A DNA stretch of 64,000 bases. It comes from an uncultured Actinomycetes bacterium (GTDB taxonomy: Bacteria > Actinomycetota > UBA4738 > HRBIN12). The notes under the pieces are model-generated. The model searched no databases, was not told the origin of the DNA, and was given only the letters and a program-made list of their open reading frames with translations. A program made the position numbers and the translations under genes. Positions 38,994-47,979 of the stretch are shown here, piece after piece (position 1 is the first letter of the stretch; every line of letters starts with the position of its first letter). Location: positions 67,339-131,338 of the forward strand of contig CAWCPZ010000003.1 of assembly GCA_963797635.1 (NCBI GenBank), in the 5' to 3' direction.

Positions 38994-39909
38994 CGACGAT
39001 CGAACTCCCCCTGGTCGGGGCCGGAGGCGAGCCCGTGGACCTGGCCCGGACCCTGAACTCCCACGGGTTCGTCGACCTGGCGCCCATGGCGCTCGACGAA
39101 GCGGCGCTCCTGCTCGAGTGCACGATCCGGGTGCCGGGCAGGCTCACCGCGCCGCGTCCGGATCGGCCAGGGGTCGCCGGGGAACGCACGGGTCGAGGTG
39201 CTGGGGCGCCGGCCGGGCGCCCGGCGCGCTCGAGGCCGTCCGCACCACTTCGCGCCACGTGCTGCGGCTGGACCAGGATCTCTCGGCGTTCTACGACCAG
39301 GCTCGCGAGGATCCCGACCTGGCCTGGGCCGCCACCGGCGCCGGTCGCATGATCCAGAGCCCGACGGTGTTCGAAGACGTCATCAAGACGGTGTGCACCA
39401 CCAACTGCACGTGGTCGGCCACCGTGCGCATGGTCAACGCGTTGGTGTCCGAACTCGGCGACCCCGCCACGGGCGGCAGCGGCCCGCTCACCAACGCCTT
39501 CCCCACCCCGGACGTGATGGCCTCCGCCCCCGAGGCCTTCTACCGCGACGTGGTGCGCGCCGGCTACCGCGGCGCCTATCTGATCGAGCTCTCCCGCCGG
39601 GTGGCCTCGGGCGAGGTCGACCTCGAAGCGCTGGCCGCCGCCGGCCCCGACGAACGCTCGGACGATGAGCTGGAGCAACAGCTCCTTGCCCTGCCCGGCG
39701 TCGGCCCCTACGCCGCCGCGCACATCATGATGACGATCGGCCGGAACTCCCGGCTGATCCTCGACTCGTGGACCCGGCCCACCTACGCGAAGGCCCTCGG
39801 GCGGACCAAGCCCGTGTCCGATGCCGCGATCCGGCGACGGTTCCGCCCCTACGGCGAGCAGGCGGGGTTGGCGTTCTGGCTGTTCGTCACGCGCGATTGG
39901 GTCGACTAG
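38990..39909 (+). CDS. HhH-GPD DNA glycosylase (AlkA-like); frameshifted around 39150-39250
   Basis: GTG at 38990 overlaps the CGNR stop (GTGA). N-terminal domain (TTIELPLVGAGGEPVDLARTLNSHGFVDLAPM) is in frame A. The HhH-GPD part (VLRLDQDLSAFYDQARED ... ALPGVGPYAAAHIMM ...) is in the frame of ORF 39118..39909. Confidence 0.65.
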
Positions 39910-40080
39910 CGCTCAGGTGATCGGCCCCGGACCCGATACCTCCGACAGACCCCGGCACGGGCTCTCCCGCCAAAGGGCTTCCCGGCCAAGGGTTGCCCCG
40001 GCTCGGTGAGCGGGGGCATACTGCCACGGGCCGCCTGGCCCACTCCGTGAAAGGAACGACCGAACGATGAGCGTGCCGTT

Positions 40081-41340
40081 ATGGCGTCCACGCGCCGCGC
40101 TTCGAGGCTGGTTCCGCGCCCCGCGCGCCGGCTGTACCGGTCCTGGCATGCAGAGCGTCGAACGCTCCGCCAGGGCTTGGTCGCGCTCACCCTCAGCACG
40201 CTCGCATCCTTCGTCGCGGGCCTGACGCTCGCTTCCATCACCGGCACCCTCGCGAGCCTCCCCGGCCTGCTGGTCCTGATCCCCGCCGCCGTCGGCATGC
40301 GCGGCACGATCTTCGGCGCCATCGGCGCCCGCCTGGGCACGGCCTCGGCAGCCGGTACGTTCGAGGCGAACCTGCGCCGTGGAGGCGTCCTCGCGCAGAA
40401 CGTCGAGGTCTCGTTCATCACGACGTTCACGTCGTCGCTGTGGCTCGCCGGCCTCGCGAAGCTGGCGACCGCCGCGTTCGGCGAGGCATCGATCTCGTTC
40501 TGGGACCTCGTCACGATCTCGGTGGTGGGCGGCTTCCTGGGTTCGGTGCTGATCCTGATCGTGACGCTCGGGCTCTCGGTGGTGTCCTACCGGCGCGGCT
40601 ACGACCTGGACTCGGTGGCCACGCCGATGGTGACGGCGCTGGGCGACATGGGCACCCTGCCCTTGCTGTACCTCGCGACGTTCCTCGTCCACAACGACGC
40701 CGTGAACGCCGTGGTCGCGGGCCTGTGCATCGTGCTGTGCGTGCTGGCGGCGGTCCGCGCATGGACGACGCGCGACGCGCAGGTCCGACGGATCGTGCTG
40801 GAGATGACCGCGGTGATCGCCCTGACGCCGTTGCTCGACATCGCCGCCGGCGCGCTGTTGCAGGCGCGCGAGCCGGGGCTGGAGCGGCTCGCCGGGCTCT
40901 ACATCCTGATCCCGCCGTTCGTCTCGCAGGCGGGCGCCCTGGGAGGCATCCTGTCTTCACGCCTGTCTTCGAAGCTGCAGCTGGGTGTCATCACGCCCAG
41001 CGGCCTGCCGGAGCGCCCCGCGGTGCTGGACGCCTCGATCGTCGTGGCGCTGGGCGCGGTGATCTTCACGTTCATCGGCGTGGCCGGGCTCGGGTTGGCC
41101 GATCTGTTCGGCATGGCGCACCCCTCACCCGGGCAGATGGTGGGCGGCACGATGCTCGCCGGCCTGCTGGTGATGCCGCTGATCCTGGTGATCGGGTACT
41201 ACATCGCGGTGCTCACCTCGCGGTTCGGACTGGACCCGGACAACCACGCCGTGCCGATCATCACCAGCGTGATGGACCTCACCGGGGTCGTCGCCATCTT
41301 CGTCGCTATGTCACTATCGGGAGTAGCCATCCATGGATGA
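40081..41340 (+). CDS. MgtE/SLC41-like divalent-cation transporter, TM domain only, internally duplicated (2 x 5 TM)
   Basis: Two repeats of the MgtE TM module (PGLLVLIPAAVGMRGTIFGAIGARL ... and LYILIPPFVSQAGALGGILSSRL ...). No cytosolic N/CBS domains. Confidence 0.7.
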   Translation: MASTRRASRLVPRPARRLYRSWHAERRTLRQGLVALTLSTLASFVAGLTLASITGTLASLPGLLVLIPAAVGMRGTIFGAIGARLGTASAAGTFEANLRRGGVLAQNVEVSFITTFTSSLWLAGLAKLATAAFGEASISFWDLVTISVVGGFLGSVLILIVTLGLSVVSYRRGYDLDSVATPMVTALGDMGTLPLLYLATFLVHNDAVNAVVAGLCIVLCVLAAVRAWTTRDAQVRRIVLEMTAVIALTPLLDIAAGALLQAREPGLERLAGLYILIPPFVSQAGALGGILSSRLSSKLQLGVITPSGLPERPAVLDASIVVALGAVIFTFIGVAGLGLADLFGMAHPSPGQMVGGTMLAGLLVMPLILVIGYYIAVLTSRFGLDPDNHAVPIITSVMDLTGVVAIFVAMSLSGVAIHG

Positions 41341-42523
41341 CCAACCCAAGAACGTCAAAGACCTGCTCGTCGAGCTGAAGGACGCGTCCGAGCTCATGGT
41401 CGACCTGGCCTACGCGGCCGTCTTCTTCAACGACGAGAAGGTGGCGCGCGAGGTGGGCCGGCTCGAGCAACGCATGAGCGAGCACCTGCGCCGCCTGCGC
41501 ATCATGGCGATGCTCGCGGCCCGGAGCCCCGAGGACGCCGAAGGGATGGCCGGGGTGCTGTGGATCGCCGATGCGATCGAGGAGATCGGCGACGCCGCCT
41601 CCGACATCGCGCGCGTGGTGGCGGCCCGCCTGGGCATCCCCGACGCCCTGCGACCCGACCTTCGTCACGCCGACGAGATGACCGCCCGGGTGAAGGTCCG
41701 TCAGGACGCCCCGGCAGGAGGACAAACCCTGCGCGAGCTCTCGCTCCCCACCGAGACCGGCATGTGGGTCATGGCCATCCGCAGCGGTCTCGACTGGGAG
41801 TTCGACCCGGGTCCCGACGACGTGGTGAGCGCCGGCGACGTGCTGCTGATCCGGGGGCCCGAGGAAGGCGTGAACGAGGTCCGCGAGCTCGCGGGCGCCC
41901 CGCCGATGCCGCTGGCACCCGACGACGACACCCCGGCCTTGTCCGAGCTGGACCGGGCGGTCGACATCCTCGTGGAGATGAAGGACCTCGCCGAGGCCGC
42001 GGTGGGCATGGCCTATTCCTCGCTGCTGTTCAACAACCGGTCGCTGGCGGCCGAGGTCGGCACGCTGGAGGCGCGGAGCGACCAGCTCCACGACGAGCTC
42101 GAATCCTGGGTCCTGCGCGCGGCGCCGGAAGCCCGCGACCCCGACGAACTCCGGGGCCTCCTGCGCCTCGCCGCCGCCAGCGAGTACATCTGCGACGCCG
42201 CCCGCGACATGACCTGGTACGTCGAACAGGGCGAGCCGCTGCACCCGGTCGTGCAGATGGCGCTGGAGGAGACCGAGGAGACGAGCGCCGACACCACCGT
42301 GCAGCCGGCATCACCGGCCGCCGGCCGATCCCTGAAGGAGCTCCGCCTGGAGACCGAGACCGGCATGTTCGTGCTGGCCATCCAACGAGGCGCCCGCTGG
42401 ATCTATCGTCCGCGCGGCACGTTCGTCCTGCTCGACGGCGACCGGCTGATCTCGGTCGGGCCCGAAGAGGGCGAAGAGGCCCTGTGGGCGCTCACCGGTG
42501 CCCCGGTGGCCGCCGAGCTGTAG
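41333..42523 (+). CDS. Regulatory protein with two (PhoU-like + TrkA-C) modules
   Basis: Two copies of a PhoU-like helical segment (LLVELKDASELMVDLAYAAVFFND.. and ILVEMKDLAEAAVGMAYSSLLFNN..), each followed by a TrkA_C-type beta domain (GQTLRELSLPTETGMWVMAIRSG.. and GRSLKELRLETETGMFVLAIQRG..). Overlaps the transporter gene by 8 nt. Confidence 0.7.
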   Translation: MDDQPKNVKDLLVELKDASELMVDLAYAAVFFNDEKVAREVGRLEQRMSEHLRRLRIMAMLAARSPEDAEGMAGVLWIADAIEEIGDAASDIARVVAARLGIPDALRPDLRHADEMTARVKVRQDAPAGGQTLRELSLPTETGMWVMAIRSGLDWEFDPGPDDVVSAGDVLLIRGPEEGVNEVRELAGAPPMPLAPDDDTPALSELDRAVDILVEMKDLAEAAVGMAYSSLLFNNRSLAAEVGTLEARSDQLHDELESWVLRAAPEARDPDELRGLLRLAAASEYICDAARDMTWYVEQGEPLHPVVQMALEETEETSADTTVQPASPAAGRSLKELRLETETGMFVLAIQRGARWIYRPRGTFVLLDGDRLISVGPEEGEEALWALTGAPVAAEL

Positions 42524-42586
42524 CCGCGCGGCGTTCGAGCGCCCAGCATCCTTGTACCGCCTCGGAACGTGACCTAGCCTGCCCTC

Positions 42587-43138
42587 ATGGACGCCTACGT
42601 CTACCTGCGCATCGAGCCCGGCTCCATGGCGACGGTGCTCGCGGGCCTCTCCTCCAAGTCGGGGGTTCGCCGCGCGATCGCGGTCGTCGGGGACTGGGAC
42701 GTCCTGGCCCACGTGGAAGGGCCCGACCTGTCCACCATCGCCGTGCAGGTGCTCTCGGAGTTCCACCACGTACCGGGGGTCCAGCGCACCTTCACGGCCC
42801 CGGTCGTCCCTCCCGATCGCGTGGGCATCGCCGGCTGGGGGGCACCGCAGGCCCCCGCGATCATCGGCGACGCCTGCTACGTGCACATCCGGGCGCAGGC
42901 GGGAGCGGCCGGCGGGATCGCCGAACGGCTCGGGGAGATGACGGACGTCTCCGGGGTCGCCGTGCTCGGCGGGCCGTACGACCTGATGGCCTGTGTCGCC
43001 CAACCCTGGGAGGTGGCGAGCGGCGTGGTGCTGGAGGAGATCCACTCCCTGCCCGGCGTCATCTCGACGAACACGCTGGTCTCGGTGATCTACGAAGAGC
43101 CCGAGGAAGACCGGGACCAGTTCTCCGCCTGGACCTAG
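42587..43138 (+). CDS. Tandem Lrp/AsnC-type ligand-binding (RAM) domain protein without HTH
   Basis: Two ~80-aa AsnC_trans_reg-like beta-alpha-beta-beta-alpha-beta units (YVYLRIEPGSMATVLAGL ... and CYVHIRAQAGAAGGIAERL ...). Confidence 0.55.
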   Translation: MDAYVYLRIEPGSMATVLAGLSSKSGVRRAIAVVGDWDVLAHVEGPDLSTIAVQVLSEFHHVPGVQRTFTAPVVPPDRVGIAGWGAPQAPAIIGDACYVHIRAQAGAAGGIAERLGEMTDVSGVAVLGGPYDLMACVAQPWEVASGVVLEEIHSLPGVISTNTLVSVIYEEPEEDRDQFSAWT

Positions 43139-43141
43139 GCG

Positions 43142-44122
43142 TCAGTTCGCGCTGAGCGGGATCTCCCGCACGCCCGCGGGCAACGAGAAGCGCACGCGCT
43201 CCTCGGTCAGCGTCACCTCTTCCACGCGGTCGAACCCTCGCTCGGCGAGCCAGCCCAGCATGCGGTGCACGAGCCACTCCGGCGCCGACGCGCCCGACGT
43301 GAGCCCTACCGTGGAGGCACCGTCGAGCCAGGCGGGGTCGACCGAGGTCTCATCGTCCACCAGGTGGGCCGGGGTGCCGAGCTCGGCGCTGAGTTCGGCG
43401 AGCCGGTTCGAGTTGGAGGAGTTCTTCGACCCGATCACCAGGACCACGTCGGCTTGGGGGGCCACCACCTTCACGGCGTCCTGGCGGTTCTGGGTGGCGT
43501 AGCAGATGTCGTCGCGAGGCGGCCCTTCGATCGAGGGGAACCGTTCCTGGAGGATGCCCACGATCTCGTTGGTCTCATCGACGCTCAGCGTGGTCTGGGT
43601 GAGGTAGCGCAGGTTCTCGGGGTCGGGGACCTCGACGGTGCGGGCCTCGGCGGGCGACTGCACCAAGATCGTGCGCTCGGGCGCCTGGCCGCTCGTGCCC
43701 TCGACCTCTTCATGTCCCGCATGGCCGATCAGCACGATCGTGCGGCCGTCCTTGGCGAACCTGCGCGCCTCGACGTGCACCTTCGTGACGAGCGGGCAGG
43801 TGGCGTCGATCACCTCGAGATCGCGTGCCGCCGAATTGGCGTAGACCTGCGGTGCGACCCCGTGTGCGGACAGCACCACCACGGCGCCCGCGGGCACCTC
43901 GGTCTCTTCATCGACGAAGATCGCGCCCTTGGACTCGAGGTCGCGCACGACGTGCAGGTTGTGGACGATCTGCTTGCGGACGTAGACCGGCGAGCCGTGC
44001 TTGGCCAGCGCACGCTCGACGGCGTCGACCGCGCGCTCCACGCCGGCGCAATAGCCTCGAGGGGCCGCCAGCAGCACGGTGCCCCCTGTGGGGGCGGCGT
44101 TCGCGGAGTCCATGGGCTCCAT
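43142..44122 (-). CDS. ispH: 4-hydroxy-3-methylbut-2-enyl diphosphate reductase
   Basis: [35 protein letters not shown] are LytB/IspH signatures. Start taken at MEPMDS (44122); the track ORF extends to 44221. Confidence 0.9.
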   Translation of the reverse strand: MEPMDSANAAPTGGTVLLAAPRGYCAGVERAVDAVERALAKHGSPVYVRKQIVHNLHVVRDLESKGAIFVDEETEVPAGAVVVLSAHGVAPQVYANSAARDLEVIDATCPLVTKVHVEARRFAKDGRTIVLIGHAGHEEVEGTSGQAPERTILVQSPAEARTVEVPDPENLRYLTQTTLSVDETNEIVGILQERFPSIEGPPRDDICYATQNRQDAVKVVAPQADVVLVIGSKNSSNSNRLAELSAELGTPAHLVDDETSVDPAWLDGASTVGLTSGASAPEWLVHRMLGWLAERGFDRVEEVTLTEERVRFSLPAGVREIPLSAN

Positions 44123-44299
44123 GGTAGCCGGGCCTCGTGTTGATCCACCGGGATATGACTTCGGGTCACGGTTCGGTTGTCGTATGTCGGTGGGCTCCCC
44201 TAGGGTGGTCGGGCACGACACGGACCGTCCGGTCCGCTCCTCCCCGGCGCGACGATGCGCAACCTCCTTCCCAAGGTTGGTGTGCGTATGCCTGCTTGC

Positions 44300-44480
44300 G
44301 CCCGGGAGCCGGGGCTCGGACGACCGCGGTCGTGCGATAGGTCACACAGAGATGGATACCGACCCACAGGAGGTGATGTCCGCACCCACGACCTACCGCG
44401 GGGACGTCGGCGCAGCGGTGAAGAGTTCACCGCACAGCCGGACGACCTGAGCGCAGCGGCCAGTTCCGCTCACTGCGGGG
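44300..44480 (+). ncRNA. Candidate ydaO-type (cyclic-di-AMP) riboswitch in the 270-nt leader of a secreted cell-wall-hydrolase-like gene
   Basis: Leader contains GGAUACC...CCGCACCCACGAC...CGCGGGGACG stretches resembling the ydaO 3' half (GGGAUACC ... CCCGCACCCGAC in B. subtilis). ydaO elements are commonly upstream of rpf/cell-wall hydrolase genes in Actinobacteria. Not verified by covariance search. Confidence 0.3.
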
Positions 44481-44492
44481 GTGACTCGATCT

Positions 44493-44939
44493 ATGACGTT
44501 CCGTACCCTTCGGCGCCGCCGCTTCCCGGCCGCGCTGGCCCTAACCGCCGTGCTCCTCATCGTCCCCGCCGCATCACATGCGGGCGCTGCTACACCCGGA
44601 GCCGGCTACTCCGAGGTTCCGCGCAAGATCTGCCCGATCGACTGGCGCGACGGAACCTTCCACGTCAAGAAGCTCATCCGTTGCGCCGCCGCGCGTTGGA
44701 CCGTTCCGGGCGGGGCCTCCAAGGCCCTGGCCATCGCGAACCGCGAGTCCAACTTCCAGCCCCGCGCCTACAACAGCTACAGCGGGGCCGCCGGCATCTA
44801 TCAGCACCTCCGTCACTACTGGCCTGGCCGGGCCCGTGCGTACGGATTCCGGGGCTGGTCGGCGTTCAATGCGCGCGCCAACATCATGGTGACCATGCGC
44901 ATGGTGCACCGAGGTGGTTGGGGCCCCTGGGGGGGCTAA
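44493..44939 (+). CDS. Secreted transglycosylase-like (lytic transglycosylase/Rpf-type fold) protein
   Basis: Signal peptide MTFRTLRRRRFPAALALTAVLLIVPAASHAGA. Strong RBS GGGGGTG. Catalytic-type Glu in ANRESNFQPRAYNSYSGAAGIYQH. Confidence 0.55.
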   Translation: MTFRTLRRRRFPAALALTAVLLIVPAASHAGAATPGAGYSEVPRKICPIDWRDGTFHVKKLIRCAAARWTVPGGASKALAIANRESNFQPRAYNSYSGAAGIYQHLRHYWPGRARAYGFRGWSAFNARANIMVTMRMVHRGGWGPWGG

Positions 44940-45271
44940 CCCCCACTGACCGGACCGCCCGGGCGGGGCAGCCCCAGCACCACGCCCCGCACCTCGTCCA
45001 GCGAGGTGGCCACCACGGTGGCCCCGGGCGCGTCATGGTCCGTCACGATCCTCATCCCCTGGAACCGCTCCCGGGCGATCGCGATCAGGTCATCGAACGG
45101 ACCGAACGCCACCATCACGTGGGGCCGTTCGACATCGATCTGGTCCAACGCACCGCGGAGGTCGGTGGCGCCCGGCGTGAGCTCCCACTCCGCCGACACC
45201 GTGGCGCTCTTCAACGCCATGAGCGATCCATCGTCGGGCGCGACGCACAGCACCTTCAACGCCCGGCACAT
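44936..45271 (-). CDS. Hypothetical small cytoplasmic protein (receiver/flavodoxin-like fold?), translationally coupled to corA
   Basis: ATG at 45269-45271 overlaps the corA stop (TGATG). 111 aa; alternating beta-alpha pattern (KVLCVAPDD..., HVMVAFGPFDD...). Confidence 0.4.
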   Translation of the reverse strand: MCRALKVLCVAPDDGSLMALKSATVSAEWELTPGATDLRGALDQIDVERPHVMVAFGPFDDLIAIARERFQGMRIVTDHDAPGATVVATSLDEVRGVVLGLPRPGGPVSGG

Positions 45272-46266
45272 CACAGCCACCGCTTCTTCCACTTGAACCA
45301 GGCGTACAGCCCCAGCGCCGAAGCCAGGATCGTGCCCACCGCGAAGGCGTAGCCGAACCGCCACTCGAGCTCAGGCATGTGCCGGAAGTTCATGCCCCAG
45401 ATGCCGGCGAACAAGGTGGGCACCAGCAGGATCGTCGCCCACGCCGTCAGGCTCTTCATCACCTCGTTGACCCGGTTGGCCGCCTGCGCCACCCGCAGTT
45501 CCTGCAGCGACGTCAGCAGGTCCCGGACGTTGTCGAGCAGCTCGTCGGCCCGGATCACGTGATCCACCACGTCGCGGTAGTACGGCGCGAGCTCGTCGCC
45601 CGCGAGCTCCTGGCGTCCGATCACGAACTCGATCCCCTCGCGCAGCGGCGAGACGAACCGACGCAGCCGCACCGTCTCGCGCTTGAGATGGAACAGCCGC
45701 TCACGGACCTGCGGGCTCTCCCCTTGCCCGTCCTCTTTCGCGAAGATGTCATCCTCGAGATCGTCCACCATCTCCTCGAAGCGCTCGACCGCGCTGAGGT
45801 AGCCGTCCACCACCTCGTCGAACAGCACGTAGAGGGGGAACCCGGCGCCCTGCGCCAGCAGCTCCGGTTGGCCCTCCCATCGACGCACCGTCTGATCCAT
45901 ATCGAAACAGGGCGAGAATCGGAGGGTCACCAGGAACCCGTCACCGGCGAACACGTGGATCTCGGTCTCGGAGAGGTCGGCCATCACGCTGCGATCGCCG
46001 TCGTCGACGGCGGCCGCTCGCAGCACCACGAACACGTAGTCGCTGAACAGCTCCACCTTCGGCCGTTGACGGCGATGGCGAGCGTCCTCCACCACCAGGG
46101 GATGCAGCCGGAACTCCCCGGCGAGCGCCCCGAGGGTGGCCTCCGTCGGGTCCTCGACATCGATCCAGACGAACACCCCGGGCTGCTTCGCCAGCGAGGG
46201 GACCCCGTCGATCGCCGCGCGTTCATCCGTGCGGACGCCGTCCCGGAACACGACCCCTTCCACCAT
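45271..46266 (-). CDS. corA: Magnesium/cobalt transporter CorA
   Basis: C-terminal two TM helices with the YGMNF (GMN) motif and a KWKKRWL tail. Confidence 0.9.
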   Translation of the reverse strand: MVEGVVFRDGVRTDERAAIDGVPSLAKQPGVFVWIDVEDPTEATLGALAGEFRLHPLVVEDARHRRQRPKVELFSDYVFVVLRAAAVDDGDRSVMADLSETEIHVFAGDGFLVTLRFSPCFDMDQTVRRWEGQPELLAQGAGFPLYVLFDEVVDGYLSAVERFEEMVDDLEDDIFAKEDGQGESPQVRERLFHLKRETVRLRRFVSPLREGIEFVIGRQELAGDELAPYYRDVVDHVIRADELLDNVRDLLTSLQELRVAQAANRVNEVMKSLTAWATILLVPTLFAGIWGMNFRHMPELEWRFGYAFAVGTILASALGLYAWFKWKKRWL

Positions 46267-46306
46267 GGTCGGAGCCTATCGGATGGTCGTCGCTACACTC
46301 CGGGCG

Positions 46307-47107
46307 ATGACCACGCTCCCCGACCACGTGCTCCGGTTCTGGCGCGCGCTCGACGAGCGGTTCGGGTCGGTGGAACCGGTGTGGTGGGGAGCCGTGGTCA
46401 CCGATGCCCGCTTCCCCATGATCTGGGACGCCAACTACGCGCGGGTCGACGTCGCGGCCCCGGACCTTCGTGTCGCCGACATCGAGGACCACCTGCTGCC
46501 CGCCCTGCGCGACGCGGACGCCCCGGTGATGCACGTGGTGATGTTCCATCCGGACGAGGCCACGTCGCTGTTGTCGGAACTGTCCAGCCGCGGCGACCGG
46601 CTCGGGTGGGACCTGGTCATGGACCTCGACGGCGAGCCGCCGCCCCCGACCGAGGTCGCGGTGGTCCCACTCGAGGGTCGCGACGACCTGTGGGACACGG
46701 TCGCCGACTCCCTGGTGCTCTTCGGCGCCGAGCCGGGGGAGGCGCTCGAACAGTTCCGCGCGCTCGAACGCGATGTGCTCGCGCCCGCCGGCAAGCGGTG
46801 GTTCGGCGTGGTGGACCAGAACGGCACGGTGCAGAGCCTCGGTGCGTTGGTGGTGCTCGGCGACGTGGGCTACGTGGACAACATCGCCACGTTCCCGCCG
46901 TTCCGAGGTCGCGGGCTCGCGAGCGCCGTCACCGCCACGATCGCGCGGGAAGCGCGGCGCGCAGGCGCGAACCACGTGTTCCTGTTGGCCGATCCCGAGG
47001 CCTCAGCGATCGTCTCGATGTACGAACGCCTCGGGTTCGGTTCGGCGGGCAGCCTGGCTTCGGCCCGGGGACCGATCCCCGGCGCACGTTCGGGCTCCGG
47101 CGGCTAG
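46307..47107 (+). CDS. GNAT family N-acetyltransferase
   Basis: Acetyl-CoA binding motif VDNIATFPPFRGRGLASAV. The track ORF begins at 46136; ATG 46307 is chosen to avoid overlap with the divergent corA start (46265 is also possible). Confidence 0.65.
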   Translation: MTTLPDHVLRFWRALDERFGSVEPVWWGAVVTDARFPMIWDANYARVDVAAPDLRVADIEDHLLPALRDADAPVMHVVMFHPDEATSLLSELSSRGDRLGWDLVMDLDGEPPPPTEVAVVPLEGRDDLWDTVADSLVLFGAEPGEALEQFRALERDVLAPAGKRWFGVVDQNGTVQSLGALVVLGDVGYVDNIATFPPFRGRGLASAVTATIAREARRAGANHVFLLADPEASAIVSMYERLGFGSAGSLASARGPIPGARSGSGG

Positions 47108-47979
47108 TCCGAGGGACCCGGCGCCGACCCCGGAGGCGGCAGGTACCGCGCCGTGGTGAACAGCCCGCCGTCGCGCTCGAGCACCCAGGTCGAGCCCTTC
47201 TTCCACTCGGGTGCGTCGACGAGTTCGACGCCACGGCGTGCCAGCGATGTCACCACCGCCGGGATCACGTCACCGTGGCTCGAGGCGACCACCCCGCCGC
47301 CCGTGGTGCGGAGCAGCTCGATCGCTTCCCTCGCCGGCGTGCCTTCGGCCAGCTGCGGGACCTCCTCGACCGCGACCTTGCGCGCCAACGCGATCGGACG
47401 GACGGTCTGCACGCAGCGCACCGACGGACTGGAGAGCACGCGATCGACGTCGCGATCCTCCAACAGCCCCACCAGCCCTTCGGCCTGCTGCTTGCCCTTC
47501 TTCGTCAGCGGCCGGAGATCATCGTCCTCCGTCCAGGCATCGCGGTCCCCCGCCTTGGCGTGACGCACCAGGTAGATGGGCCGGTCGAACGCGATCGCGG
47601 CGTCCAGCACCACCCGGTCATGGCCGTAGGTCAGGAGTTCACGGGCCTCGTCGGCGGTGACCCACCGGAGCTCGTCCACCTCGTCGCCCGGGATGAACAC
47701 GCCTTCGGCCGGATACATCAGCCAGTAGTGGACCACCTTGGGACGGCCGAGGTGGTCGGTGTAGCGCACGGTGGCGATCGCCGGTCCGAGCTCGCACCGG
47801 AAGCCGGTCTCCTCCAACACCTCCCGGCGCGCGGTGTCCTCTCGATCCTCGTCATCCTCGGCCTTGCCCTTGGGCAAGGTCCAGTCGTCGTAGCGTGGCC
47901 GGTGGACGAGCGCGAACCGCACCCCGTCGGCTCCACGCCGGCGAACGACACCACCGGCGGCCTTGACCTCGGTCTTCAT
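47104..47979 (-). CDS. Nudix hydrolase fused to histidine-phosphatase (SixA/PGAM-like) domain, MutT1-like
   Basis: Nudix box GKAEDDEDREDTARREVLEETGF, then a C-terminal RHAKAGDR ... SSHGDVI histidine phosphatase domain. Same architecture and ppk1 adjacency as mycobacterial mutT1. Confidence 0.8.
   Translation of the reverse strand: MKTEVKAAGGVVRRRGADGVRFALVHRPRYDDWTLPKGKAEDDEDREDTARREVLEETGFRCELGPAIATVRYTDHLGRPKVVHYWLMYPAEGVFIPGDEVDELRWVTADEARELLTYGHDRVVLDAAIAFDRPIYLVRHAKAGDRDAWTEDDDLRPLTKKGKQQAEGLVGLLEDRDVDRVLSSPSVRCVQTVRPIALARKVAVEEVPQLAEGTPAREAIELLRTTGGGVVASSHGDVIPAVVTSLARRGVELVDAPEWKKGSTWVLERDGGLFTTARYLPPPGSAPGPSD

Noticed and set aside
39910-40080. M-box (Mg2+) riboswitch upstream of the MgtE-like transporter
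   Set aside because: The leader is GC-rich with short direct repeats, but I could not recognise the conserved M-box cores. It is left as a note inside the MgtE finding only.
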